A stretch of 64,000 bases of DNA from Tubiluchus corallicola (GCA_030141605.1 JAQGDQ010000016.1:746282-810281), one strand, 5' to 3'. Shown: positions 13,921 to 27,672, counted from the first letter of the stretch. Translations and numbers: made by a program. The notes: generated from the sequence alone by a model not told the origin.

Positions 13921-15787
13921 TTAAAACAAATAAATAATGAATAAATAATGGATTTTATTAAAAAGTCACACCACAGCAGCAATAACTGAATGCAAAATGC
14001 GAATGCAGAGGTTATAAAAAGGCGATTAAGCAATAAGACATAAAATTATAAAAGAAACATTGCTATCACGAAAAAAATGAGAAAAATAACATCACGAAGT
14101 CAGTAAAGCAGCGCAACAAAAACCATTTTTTGCAAAATATGATGAATTGTAGTTTGCTAATTTAAATTTTCAAGTTTGCACCGAAAATTAGTTTGTGTGT
14201 ATCTCATTAGTAATTTACAAGGTAACGGTTTGTAGATTAGGGCTGATTGTAAATGCACATCAATTTGCATTAAGCTTAATTTTTTAAATGAGGACTACTT
14301 CGTTGTGTTGCATGAGCCAAGGGACAAATGGTTGGCGAAGAGTATCCTACGAGACTAACGAGGCTGAAAAATTAATGGACCTAAAATCGTTTTATAATTT
14401 CGTTATGACGCTGGGGGAAAGAATGTGCTATTAAATTGACTGTTGACTTTGTTGAGGACTGTAGAAAATGACAGAACGTGTCACCTCCATATCTTACAAT
14501 TAAAAAGTGTTTTGGTATGTTTTGGCCAACCGTATTGCTACATTTCAAATACAGTCGTTGGTTTGCTGTAAAAGTCAGCAGACAATTTCCACGCGAAGTA
14601 CTCAACAAGCGGCGTCCTGTTATTTATTTAAAAGATCTCCGGCTGAGCAAAAAAATGCAAAAACCGTATAGATTTAGTAACGAGATTGAGAAATGAATAA
14701 TCGATAAAAAGCAAAACCCCGAGATGCTCTGTAATGCGAACCATTATGGAAAATGATATGAGGCTTAAGATTAGCTTAAGCTATTTCAAATTACATGTTA
14801 TGCTTTGTTGCTCTCCGTTCAAGCCGGCTGGCACTCCAATGAGCATTTTACGCTTAATACGTCGAGAATTAGTTTTTCAGTATTAATACGTTAGACACCT
14901 CAGGAAATGTGTTGAACTAACTGGGATAAGAACTGGTCATAAATCAGGCAGTCGTCTGTCACATTTAACAAACATGGCACTGGCTCCTTGGACACGGGAG
15001 CAGAACGCTTTCATTATTAACACGAAAATATAAAACAATAATATGCACTTTAAATGTTTTCACTGTAACTAATCTTCAGGCTTGTAAAGTTAAATTAAGA
15101 CTGGTGATTTATCTGATTAATGCTGTCTATTTTACGCCCGTTAGTTTAATTATATGGCTTCATTACAGTTTTACTACCATCATATAATCTTGAAACATTT
15201 TGCTAAAAACGTCGTGCTTGTACATGCTTGTAATATATAGTTTGGCAATAATGATTATTTTGCGTTGCTGTACTTTTCTTATTGTCGCCGAGCAATTAGC
15301 TATCAATATGCTGCTTTCTCTTCAACTCTTAAGTCAATAATAAGCTTTTAATAACAATGAAATGTAAAAGCTGTTAATGTACCGTTGATCTTTGCTATAC
15401 AGACTTGCCAGTTTGAGAATTTCTAAAATTTAATGTCTTTGTTATTAAAATGCACTACAAGTCTACAACAAAAAAAATCAACATTTTCCTTACAAACAAA
15501 GTAGATTTTCCGCTTCTTTTCTTTTTCTCTCTTCCCACTCCCTTGTTGCGGTTGGCCAAAACGCTTTTTAACTGTTAGATATGGAAATGATACGTTCAGT
15601 CATTTTTTGCAAAATTTAAGTCTTTTCCCCAGATCACAACAAATTAAAAAACTTTTAGGCCATTAATCTTTCAGCCTGTTAGTCCAGTAGGATTATGTTA
15701 TTATTATTACTGGTCGCCAACAACTTGTCCCTTAGTTCATGAATCGTTTTTTATTCTTTTTTTTAATTATGGCTCATGATTGTAGAA

Positions 15788-15845
15788 ATTATTATTATTA
15801 TTGTTGTTGTTGTTGTTATTGTTGTTATTATTATTATTATTATTA

Positions 15846-15898
<53 letters not shown>

Positions 15899-15912
15899 TA
15901 TTATTATTATTA
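15788..15912. repeat. (TTA)n/(TTG)n microsatellite
   Basis: Directly visible. Confidence 0.97.
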
Positions 15913-16015
15913 AACCACAAATACAAAACCATGCACCACCATTTGCTGACTAACATTGGATAACATTATACACCCTTTTTATAATAGTGTTACCCTATAT
16001 ATACATTTATATACA

Positions 16016-16279
16016 TAACCAAATTAAACTCAGCCGTGCTGTACACTATTCAATACAGGCTGACAATAGCCTGATTTAGGCTTCTAACCTACTGCAAAAA
16101 CACATTTATGAGCATCTATAGCAATGCCTAGTGCTTTTTTCATTCGTCATACAAAAGATATGTACATTACTGTCACTGTGACAATTCTGAGTTACTTTGT
16201 AATAGAGTAAGAAAGTTTGTGCTTGCACGAGCCTTGTTATCTTGATCCTATTATTGACAACAACACAGTGTTTTTTATT
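16016..16279 (+). repeat. ~260-bp direct repeat, copy A
   Basis: Closely matches 18434-18688 (taaccaaattaaactcagcc.tgctgtacactattcaatacaggctgac...). Confidence 0.92.
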
Positions 16280-16283
16280 GACC

Positions 16284-16642
16284 ACACACACACACGCACA
16301 CGCACACGCACACACACACACACACACGCACACACGCACACATATATATATATATGATGTGATGTGATGTGATGTGATGTGATGTGATGTGATGTGATGT
16401 GATGTGATATGATATGATATGATATGATATGATATGATATGATATGATATGATATGATATGATATGATATGATATGATATGATATGATATGATATGATAT
16501 GATATGATATGATATGATATGATATGATATAAGATACGATACGATACGATACGATACGATACGATACGATACGATACGATACGATACGATACGATACGAT
16601 ACGATACGATACGATACGATACGATACGATACGATACGATAT
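16284..16642. repeat. Compound microsatellite (CA)n-(TA)n-(GATGT)n-(GATAT)n-(GATAC)n
   Basis: Directly visible. Confidence 0.98.
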
Positions 16643-18433
16643 GATAAGGATAGAAAAGACGGTTTAGAGGAGAGTGCATTTTAGAAGCCCTTGTTACAGG
16701 CGATCGACGGCATAGTCCGCATTCTGAAATTGCGCAAACTTGACGAATAGTTTTGAAGTAGAAAGTTTTATATTTATAAAGCCATCGAACTAATGTTTAT
16801 AGCAATCTAATGGAATATATTTCATATTACATGTTTTTCTCGTATCACATGCGCTGTGTTTAGGTTACGTAGTTTCTTACAGCTTTTTACAAGCCAAATT
16901 ACCCTCTTATCAGAATGGGACGCCGCACGACCATCGATTGAAAATTCGTTATTATATAAGTTTAATTTAGAAATCTCTGGCTGGTAATATTTGGTTAGAG
17001 ATGTTTAATCTGTAGTTCAAGCGTTCGGTTACAAACACTCGCCTTTTCAACAATTTACTGTATGACCGCGCGCATTTTGCAAAATTGGATTCTGTTGACT
17101 GCATGTTCCAGAGCATCACAGCGCCTCTTAAGTGGATATGCCAGCTTGCTGCCAGATCGCTTTAAGTTATTGCTCTGTGCAAGTCTTTGACGACTTTCCC
17201 CGCTTTAAGGGATTCAAATGGCAAATCCGTAAAGCATTTTGATGTCAGTAAGTTTCTTACAATAAGTACATGCAAAATAGACGTTATGAGAGCACGAAAT
17301 CAGATGAAGTTTGCTGTATCGGAGAAACGAATTCAATCCAATAAAGAATCACAAGATTCACAATACTGCAACTGAAATTTCTCCAAACAGGAAAATATTT
17401 GAGCTAGTTATCAGATCAAATCTTTACATATGTGTCTACCACTTGTCCGCAGTTTCGTTTTCATTAATTTTCAGCGACTGTCACGGGTAGTGCCATTTTC
17501 AAAAGCAATACCAATTTTGATGTCACGTTGTTTTATTTCTTTATAGACAGTCATCGTCGTCATCTTTAAAAGTTTAGAGAATTTGTAGCAGAATCAGGTG
17601 TTGACTTGTGCTGGATTTCTTTTTTTGTCGTGGTTCTGGTCCTGTCGTTACTGCTCAGTTAATAGCACAGAATTTTTGATGGAATTTTATAATCCACTAA
17701 CCAATTCAGAGACCGCATTAGCCTTGCAGAGTACATTGTAGAGTAGACGTTTTACACACATTCCTAATTAAAGTAGTAACAATGCAGTGCTATTTGACCT
17801 TATCTAAGTACACTACGCCAAACGTTTTGTGTCATTCATCATAAGTTTTGTGATGTTGACAACAACAAGCCCCTTGGTCAAATATGATTAAGCCCCAAGC
17901 TTTCGTAACTGCCTTGAACAGTTTATTTTAAAAAACTAAGACAAATGTCTGGTCGAAACTTCTTGTTTTTTGTTGTTTCTGTTGTTCTTTTAATAAAGCT
18001 TCCACGATTCCGTTATTATTTTCGAAATATATAAAATTTATTAAGCTGCTCTGTAGCGTTGACATCAAACTTCCTGACACAAAGGGATGCCAAGTTTGCT
18101 TGGATTTCGGACTTTTGTTGACAACATATTGCGCAGGTAGGCAGAACAAAAATTTAATTGACACTCTCAGTCGATGTGAATGGACGTGCTTTCTCATTTA
18201 TGCTTTAGTTGTTTTCTACACTACCAACTTCTCAGAGCTGTATTTGTAGCTTGCCCTCTTTATACAGCAGCTAATTTGATCACAATGTTTGAGTGTTGGA
18301 TGCCTGTGTCTTTATACAGAGTTATGTAAATAGGGCGGACGTTGCCAACTTGTACTGATTTGAAGACGTGAATTAGAATAAGGTCGATGTCGGATTACAT
18401 TGAGTTCTAAATTGCTCAGCGGTATTACATACT

Positions 18434-18688
18434 TAACCAAATTAAACTCAGCCTTGCTGTACACTATTCAATACAGGCTGACAAAAGCCTGACTTAGGCT
18501 TCTTACCTACTGCAAAAACACATTTATGAGCATCTATAGCAATGCCTAGTGCTTTTCTCATTCTTCATACAAAAGATATGTACATTATTGTTACTGTGAC
18601 AATTCTGAGGTACGTTGTAATAGAGTAAGAAAGTTTTTGCATGTGCTCTGTTATCTTGATACTATTGACAATAACACTGTATTTATTT
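18434..18688 (+). repeat. ~255-bp direct repeat, copy B
   Basis: Closely matches 16016-16279. Confidence 0.92.
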
Positions 18689-18699
18689 CCTGTAATCTT

Positions 18700-18875
18700 A
18701 CATCATCATCGTCGTCGTCGTCGGCATCATCATCATCATCATCATCGTTATCATCATAATCATCATCATCAGCAGCAGCAGCAGTAGTAACAATAACAAC
18801 AACCAAGGACAACAATAAAAATATTATTATCATCTTCATCATAACATCATCGCCATCGTCGTCATTGTCATCTTC
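18700..18875. repeat. (CAT)/(CGT)/(CAG)/(CAA) trinucleotide tract
   Basis: Directly visible. Confidence 0.9.
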
Positions 18876-19121
18876 TGCATGAAAGCAGTTATTCTAGCCA
18901 AAAACATTTCAGCAATCTGTCTAGGGACTCTAAGTTATCTCATCATATAGCAAGTAAAACGAATTTACAGCGCTTTAAAACCACCAACAGCAACAACAAT
19001 CTTGAAATGATGGAAATTGAGTGGTTCGATACGGTAACTACATATAAGATCGCGGTAACACCGCTATTATTACAACTGTCAGACACCAATTGCGTGTATT
19101 TCTATACTCTTGTTGTTAAAA

Positions 19122-19173
<52 letters not shown>

Positions 19174-20759
19174 TGCCTTATATGCATAACAGAGGTCAAA
19201 TTTCTTTCAAAGTAAAATGTTTGAAAATAGACACAGATGAACTGACACTTTCAAGAATTTTCTCAGTTCGCTGCTTTATTGGTAGACTTGTCATGCATGC
19301 ATGCCACTTTCTTCAAAACACTTCAGCTAATGATCAATGTATACTGTCATCAGCATTTAAAATGTTTATGCAAACAATCATTCTTGTTTCAAATTGATGA
19401 AAGATTTTTGGTTTTGATAACATTTCCTCTTAAGGAGTTCAATCGCAGGACCACAGGAACCCAATGGTAGTCAGATCGCAATGTTCCACTCAAAAGGATC
19501 TCAAACTTCTGGCGGTGAAATCTTGCAATGAAAAGTCCATAATATAACTCGTCATAATAATTAACGGTGACCTACCAAAGTTTGAATAGTACCGAAATAA
19601 TTTTCAAAGACTGTTTTTATTTGTGCCAAAACTTGTTGGGACTGGAAAAGAGTTTTATAAGAAAATAAACATAATGATAGAAAGGCAATTTGTTATAAAG
19701 ATAGGGTCATTATCGTATTCGCATTACAAAATAATAACAGGCACTTCTACAGTTTCGAATGTTGCACTGCGGAGATTGAGAAAGATTTTTTCTGGTGATT
19801 GACCAGTGCTATGGTACTTGCCCTGATTCAGAAGTTGATGCAAAGGGGCTTTTAGTGAAATTCGATTTGAAATGATGTATCGCCCAAATCGGACTTGCTG
19901 TCAAAGCTCACATCTAAAATCTTGTTAAACAAATCGGCATATTCCTATAATTTATAATTTACAGAAAATCTATTAAAATTGGTTCAATCGGAGGGATAAT
20001 GTTTATTCTATTGTCTAACAGAGCGTACCTTAAAGCACAATGCTTATTTTACTCAATATGGTTCACTAGTAATAAGTGCCATGTGAGCCTAAGACATTTA
20101 GAAAAGCCTATTGTACTCACTAAAGTAGCTTGCGCTCTTAGTAATACTTGTCACAGAACTTGTAATACGCAACCGCAAGGTATTGGTTTAAATTTTTAGT
20201 TTGACATTAATAAGTTCCCAATATACTGTTTCGACAATGCTTAAAATGTTTTGTGATCCATATTTTTGTACCGAAGAGTTCAAGAAACCGCATAAAGCAA
20301 GTCGCTTTCGTGAAGGACATCGTGCTGCTATTAGCGTGACAAAAGAATTCATTTAATCGGCCACTCGTCTACAACGTACAGTTTTTCTTCAATTTAATGC
20401 ACAATTTGTTCAATCAATCAGACTTTTCGATTTCAATTATTATTCATCGCTTCGACAAATGTGAGAACGTGAAAAATGAAACTGGCTAGCCCGTTACGCG
20501 TTGCTTGAAAGGGAAAAATACGTCACAAATTCACAACGGAAAACACTTTTCTCAAACCATTAACGCGTAGTTTACGTTTAATGTTAATACCGTACGTTAA
20601 ATAATAACGTCACTAACACTTTTCATCTTAACATTTATTTCACTAAACTACCTACCATTGGTACAACCATAATTATTTAAGAAGGCTGCTTTATTAACAT
20701 GGTGGTAATAAAGCTTGAGCTGCTTGACATTTTTACACAAGATACATCTTCGGTGCCTC

Positions 20760-20830
20760 AGAGAAAGCTGTACTACAAGCAAGAGGTCCCGGGTTCAGTT
20801 CCTAGTTATGAACAATTTCAGTTTTTTACC
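20760..20830 (+). repeat. tRNA-derived repeat fragment
   Basis: gaggtcccgGGTTCAGTTCC resembles the tRNA variable loop and T-arm (B-box), followed by a T-rich tail. Confidence 0.5.
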
Positions 20831-21459
20831 CTACTTTTTCATGTCCACAGCACGGCGTATTTTTCTCGGCGTGGAACAATAATATCGTAACGAAACCGAG
20901 ATGGTGCTGATACGCATCGAAATCGAAGTAATAAGAAAAATTAAAACGAATTTAAAAAAACTGCCAGGAATCTAGCTCGTGTTCTACATCCTGATTGACA
21001 AGAATGGAACAGGTGCTGAAATGTTGAAAACACCCGTCCACCTACCCACTGCACCGACAAGGCCATTCATATCGCGGTTTTATACCTGGTATGCAATTCT
21101 GATATGCAATGGCTTCGTAATGGATTGAACCATCACAATGTGGAGGTTGGGTGAAAATAAATGGTATTTTGCCATTGAAACAATGTATATTTTTCATCAA
21201 TCGAATTAAATGTTTTGCAACAATCAAATGTATAGCTGTTACAAGGAAAAATCTTTTTAGAAAAGGTAGGTGCCAGTGTTACATTACACAGATTTAAATC
21301 TAACTTTAACCAATTATTTAACCAGAAAATAATATTTAGAAACTAATGTAACAGTTAGCAGATTCCAAAACGAATAAATTAATTAATTATATTAATTGAA
21401 TACTAGATAATCGGATTTTGATGGAAAATACCTCAATATTTAAATATTTGATACCAAAA

Positions 21460-21535
21460 GAAAAGGAAAAAATGACAGTATGTAACAGAACCAGTTTCGA
21501 ACCAGGGTCCTTTAGATCATTGTGCTCATAGCAGG
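21460..21535 (-). repeat. tRNA-derived repeat fragment
   Basis: Reverse complement reads aaaggaccctGGTTCGAAACtgg, then a T-rich tail. Confidence 0.5.
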
Positions 21536-22764
21536 GCAAAATCATTCTCTTGTATTTTTAATGTAGACTTGGGCTACTTCTGTTCAAAATTAAATATTAT
21601 GCTAGACCTATATTTTAAAAACAAAATTATCGCACAAAATAATTACCATTTGTTTTCAGACTAAGATGTAAATTAAAAGACAGATGTCTTTGAAAGTATG
21701 TGCAAAAAAATATCAGAAGTAGTTTTACCTTTAGGTGTAACGTGTAATCAGTCAATACGTTCAATTCTAAATTATAAGAGCGTGCAACTATAAAATTTTG
21801 AAATGTTCTTAGAATTGCAATGTACGATGACTGAAAAGTTTGTATGTGAGTTTAGCTTCAGGCTTAGCCCTAAGTTAAAATCTTTTCACGCCATCTGTTT
21901 CTTGGCAGCCTTAGGTTTCCGACTGGCTACCAAGCCACCAGAGCTAGTTACTATATCATATTTAAAATATAGAATAGCTGTTATAGCATTGTAAAAAGCT
22001 GCTGTTGAAATGGCTGTAATATTTTCTAGACCCTCGGCGATTGTAAAGAAGAACCTTTGTCTTTTTATTAGAAAGTAATGCACAGTATGGGAGAGTGGGG
22101 AGTCACTAAGCAATATTGCTCACTATACACATTGCAACAGCTTATTTTCCTTGTGACCAAATCGTTGCCCTAATTGATCTTGTATCGATTCTGATATAAA
22201 AATAGTGTGGCGTGCGCGAGGTTCTGAGCCATGAAAAGTTTTTACTGAACCGGGAATTACGCGCCATTCTAAAACATAGCAAACTTGCGGTTACTAATGA
22301 GCTTGATTATTTATAATCTTAGTTCCAAGATTAATGGTTAAGGATGGAATTAAATTGAAACCAAACTAGACAAAAAATGAGAAGATGTGAAGTCGGGAAT
22401 ATGCCTGGAATTAAACTAGAAACATTTGTAATCAGTCTCGACCTTCTCACGTTTCTTTCCTTTAGGTAAAGTTTGCTCTCAAAATTTAATAATTGTGGAT
22501 TTATTCCATCACTAATGAGTTTAACGTATCACTAAATGATAATCATATTTAAAGTTATTAAGCATGCAATATTCAGGTTTGTGTTTACTTGAGCCTTGCT
22601 CAAATAATGAAAGCGAATTATCCTGGTACAATAACGTATTGTATTATATTGTGTTTTTAATATTTTAGTCTGCTTTTACTTTTTACTCTACCGTGCTTGG
22701 AACAAAATTATATGAATGTAAAACTGCTGTCAACAAAAGTCACTTTTTACTAAAAAGCTAGGTG

Positions 22765-23158
22765 CGATACAAACGTCTTATATCTAAAGCGTCTGGTAAT
22801 CTTTTTCCAGGTTTTAGGATATTATTTCGAAGCGTCAGGAAAATCACTTCCAAGAACTAGGAAACCATTTCCAAGTGTAAAGAAATCTGTTTCAAGGCAT
22901 CAACAATTTTCTCAAACGTCAGGAAATCTTTTCCAATAATGATTTCCTGACACTTGGAAATGATTCCGCGGCGCTTGGAAAAATAATTCCAGACGCTTGG
23001 AAATGATTTTCTGAAATTCTGACGCTATAAAAAGATTTTCTAGCGCTTCAAAAATATTTTCGTGTGCTTGGAGAAAGATTTCAACTCGCGTGGAAATGTT
23101 CACTGACTCTTGAAGGTAAAGAGAACTTCAGACGCTTAGAAACAAGCAGTTTGTATCG
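22765..23158. mobile_element. Foldback-type element built from inverted arrays of a ~21-bp unit
   Basis: Termini CGATACAAAC...GTTTGTATCG. Left-half units resemble ttccaagcgtcaggaaatc; right-half units are the reverse complement, gatttcctgacgcttggaa. Orientation switches near 22940. Confidence 0.8.
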
Positions 23159-23968
23159 TTGTTGGCAAGTGGCAACGCTACCTTCTATCCCACAGGGACG
23201 TCTACTGTTGACATTACGCCAATTTCGATGCCGACAACAATATTGTTAATTTACAAATAACTATATTACATCGATTGACGCCACTATTGTAGAGAAGCTC
23301 CGTTAGTATTAGCCATAAACAAAACTCTTTATGTGTAGTTAAGCATCAAACAGTTCAGTCTGCCGGGAATAATTTGCTTGCGTTATTAAATTTATCTCAC
23401 TTTGATAGCTGTCTGCGCGCTATTGCTAACTTCGTTACTCCTAACATGTTGTCAAATTGTGATTGATTAACTGTCATTGTTGCTGGACTGCGAACGAAGC
23501 CGCTTTACGCTGAATAAATTATTAATTAAACGGAAACCGTGGAACGTAGTTTACTGAACGTGAAGCACAACTACAAACAAATGTACTTAAAAATCACAAA
23601 AAACTCTACTTACATAACGCTTAACAAAGTTTGTCTTGAAATTTGATACCACTTACATACTGCCTTTTTGCATACAGGACTTTCGTCGGCAGTAACGCTG
23701 TATAAAACTTGTACATTTAAAATCCCGTGATGACGTTAGACGCGGTCATTTTGACGCTAAGTCATTTTAAACAAGTTTAGATAACACCGAGTAAAGTTTG
23801 AAAAAAATAATCAGAGCATTCGTAGCACACACGTCACTAACTAAGTGAAATTTTTAAATTACTGTATCTTGTCAATAAGATTAAAAATGCGTTTTTTTGG
23901 TTAGGGAATGGTACACCCTGGAGATGACGGTATTTTACCAATTGGTGAAAACATTTTAAATAATTAAT

Positions 23969-24263
23969 ATTTTTCTTTTCTAGTTATATAAGTCTTTCAA
24001 GCAGGTAATCGAAATGCTAAGAATATAACTTTGCATGGAAAGTTTTTTTGGGACATAGTTAAATATTTACTTTTCTTCCCTTGATTTGGTTGTACGTATA
24101 TGACGTCACTTAATGGCGGGGTCGGAACAGTATTGCGGGAGATTTAAAATGAAAACAAACAAAAAATATTTTCAACGCGAGTACGATATACGCATAAAAT
24201 TGCTATAAAATAATATAATTTTTCTGAAACCTACTTCAGGTACCCCTTTTCCTGTCTTTTAAG
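23969..24263. mobile_element. Dispersed DNA-transposon end, inverted copy of 53708-53997 (possibly Kolobok-like)
   Basis: About 290 bp of clear similarity (ttttcttttctagtta, actttgcatggaaagtttt, gaacagtattgcgggagattta, ctacttcaggtacc). Both copies end at TTAA followed by purines. Confidence 0.8.
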
Positions 24264-24942
24264 TGGTTCTAAACCAAAAGTAAACCCAACACTTTCAAAT
24301 AAAAATGCAAATCAATACAAAAGCAATCACGATTTTTCGCTCTATGCATAAATCTGGGAGCTTATTAATTTGTTATGAGAGTCACAATACACAATGAGAG
24401 TCACATCTTGTTGCTGTTACTTTATAGTAAATTGACAAACTATGTTATGTTGGAGTTGGTTAAACACATTGGCCATGTTATATATCTGTTATATATCATG
24501 TCTGTTATATTGATGCTCATAAAAAAAACTTTAGTACATTATTCGAGTTAAGGTAGTGTAGCAAAAGGTGGTTCAGTCTTAGTGATGCTACAGCACATAC
24601 CTATTCCTCGATGCAATTCAAAATCATAATCTTACTGATAGCTTTTATGCAAAATTACAGTTGATGTTACGCCACTTTGCGCACTATAATATGTATGACA
24701 GTAAAGCTATTACGTTAATCAGCCTACAGTACAGCCAGACTAATACAATGTTTCGTCACTATCATACTATGACACATTAAATCACTAATTCAATTTTTGG
24801 GAACAAAATTAGTTCATAAAATCGATTCAGGAGATCCGGCATTTTTCTCGAAAACTTGCACTGCATTTGAAATAAAAAAATTCAACAATTAAAAAACAAA
24901 GGAAAAAGAAAGAAAAAACACAACTTTTCAAGCTACCACTGT

Positions 24943-25631
24943 CAGAGCCGATTTACTTATAGGCCTAGGGTTTCAAAGCCTGTGGGACCTCCGAGCAATG
25001 TATTTAATATTTTAACACACGCTGTCATAATGACACTAGTCTCGAAAAGAGCCTTCATTCAGTAATATTCTTTGCCTTTCTATGAATCACGAACTTGTAG
25101 ATGTTTCATCGTTTAACCTTTCATCGTTAACTGTTAAAGGTTAATATTACTGACGTAAAAAAGACTTTCTTTATTTCTAATGCTGATTAATAGGTTATAT
25201 GACGCAGTATTGACATAATACGGATATTGATACAATAGCTGATAATGTATTAGCAGAATTAGCTGAAGATATGTGTAGCAAGTGAGAAATTTTTAATTTT
25301 CTGTAAGCTGTATGTATTGAGTAATGACAACTAAAGTGACAACTACACACTAGCTGTTACTATCACCTAGACGTGATCATCTTTTGTAACACTTCATTAA
25401 AATTCGTAAACTCAAGGACCTTAAGGAATATAAAAGTAAATTTACAATTTCATTTTTCTAGAAAGCATTAAGCAGTGATATTTTGTATCTTTTAGAGAAG
25501 GATTTGTTATTATAAAGAATTGTGAAAAGTGTTTAAATTTCTTTTAAACACTTCCATTGTTTTCTTGTCTTGAGAGGCGGGGCCCACAAGTTCAATAGCC
25601 TAGGGCCTCTCTTCATCTATATCCAGCCCTG
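24943..25631. mobile_element. hAT-superfamily non-autonomous element (MITE), 689 bp
   Basis: Exact 8-bp TSD ACCACTGT at 24935-24942 and 25632-25639. Imperfect TIRs CAGAGCCGATTTA / TATATCCAGCCCTG with matching subterminal ggcc.tagg..tgtggg blocks. Confidence 0.85.
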
Positions 25632-26873
25632 ACCACTGTAGTTTATTTTCAGGCAAAAGAGAAAAAAACAAAAAAATCACATGTACAAAATAATACAAAT
25701 TTTTCTATGTGATTTTTTTTTGTTCTGAAGGCTGAAGATGAAGTACAGTGGCAGTTTGAAACGCTGTAATTTTTCTTTCTTGTTTCCTTGTGTCTTTATT
25801 GCCGGATTTTTCAATTCATTGTCTCTATTCTTATCTTAAAGGATTAATTTGTGTTACTTGTCACAGTTTATTTGCCAACAGTTACCTGCTCATTTCGTTT
25901 TCAAATAAACGAGATGCTATTCTCAAACAAGGAAATTGGAAGATCCTCCTGTACTTCTTGCACAAACTCTCTGTGGCTTCTGCGTTTTCAGCACAAACAA
26001 AACAGCAAATTTAACTTTCACCACCTTCAAGTTATTTTCATCTGTTTGCATATGAATGAAAGCAAACACGGAAAGTTCATATCGGGTACTGAGCTGCACT
26101 ATTGATTTGTCCCAGTATATTCATTAACTCGGGTTCCGAGTTCTTAACATGGGAGGTTCATAAAGCCGAGTAATTTTCATAATTAAACGCACAAAGAAAA
26201 TACTCCAGAATACTCAGGTATGAGTGACACTCCAGCATTCAGCTGTACGATTACCAAGTTGCCATGGATATGGATATTCTTTTATTAAAGATATCTTAGA
26301 TGTGAACGCAAACAGCCGCGTTAACCCGGTACTCAGCCAATGTGTGGTCTCTATTTGTGCAATGCAAAGCATTAATATTTCGAAGTGAAACCCACCAGAT
26401 TCTTAGTGATAGGTTCTATCTCTCAGTGTGTGTAAGTCAACGGATGTCCGCAATCAGAAACATTAATATTTCAAAGCCACTTAACTAGTTTCGCTCAATT
26501 TTCACAGCTCACTTACGCCACCTTGAGCAGATGTCGTTCCATCTAATGCAATTTCGCATTGTCGCGTTAAAGAAAGCTAATAAACTTTTACCACAGTTAT
26601 TATTTCAATCAAATTCCGTCGTGTATTTTTAGTTAAGAAATTTACTGGATAGAAATTTTCGCACAGCAATTAGTTACAGTAGATTAGTGGTTATTTATTA
26701 ATGCTGCTCCGGTGGAACTGTTTACGGCCACGTCGTAAAGAAGCAATGAAATTTACTCCTCTCCTGATCATCAGACGGAAGACGATAAAGAAGCAGCATT
26801 CCACGCACAACGTTAATTGTAAATCAGAAGCAAATGGCTGAAAGTGACAAGGCGAGCATTTAATCCAGCAACA

Positions 26874-27210
26874 TGCCTGAAAGATAGTCTATAGTTATCG
26901 AGTTTCATGAATATATTGAGAAAAATGAGTGTTCGATAGCTTAATATATCAAAATTTGACCGTGTTTATAAGGCTGTACACCATTACCATTTGTCCCAAG
27001 CGCGTGGAAGAAACGATTCTAAAGTTCTAATTAAGCAAATAAGTCGACTTTCTGCCTGAAAGATAGTTATGTTATGGTTTCTGATATATTGAGAAATGAG
27101 TGTTCGATCTTAATATATCAAAATTTGACCTGTTTATAAGGCTGTACACTTCCATTTGTCCCGCGCTGGCGTTCTGTTTCTTATTAAATCAAACAATATT
27201 TCGACTTTCT
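26874..27210 (+). repeat. Tandem duplication (26874-27052 and 27053-27210) differing mostly by short indels
   Basis: Both units begin tgcctgaaagatagt and end near tcgactttc. Confidence 0.9.
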
Positions 27211-27220
27211 GTTTGATTTG

Positions 27221-27432
27221 TTTGTTCTGTTCTGTTCTGTTCTGTTCTGTTCTGTTCTGTTCTGTTCTGTTCTGTTCTGTTCTGTTCTGTTCTGTTCTGT
27301 TCTGTTCTGTTCTGTTCTGTTCTGTTCTGTTCTGTTCTGTTCTGTTCTGTTCTGTTCTGTTCTGTTCTGTTCTGTTCTGTTCTGTTCTGTTCTGTTCTGT
27401 TCTGTTCTGTTCTGTTATGTTTTGTTTTGTTT
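27221..27432. repeat. (TTCTG)n pentanucleotide microsatellite
   Basis: Directly visible. Confidence 0.98.
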
Positions 27433-27672
27433 TGCTCAGCTTTGCCCAGCTTCACTGTGCTCTGCTTTGCTCTATTCTGCCTTGTTTTATTGTGTCCTGC
27501 CCTGTCCTATCCTACCCTGTTCTATTTGAATGTGTCATCATGTTCCATTTTCTTTACCTTGTCATGCCTTTTTGTCGTCTTTTTTGCCTTCTCTTGTCAC
27601 GTCTCGACTCATCTGATCTCATTCCTTCTTGTCTTGTCGTGTTGCCCTGTCGTCCTGTTGAACCTTACCTTA

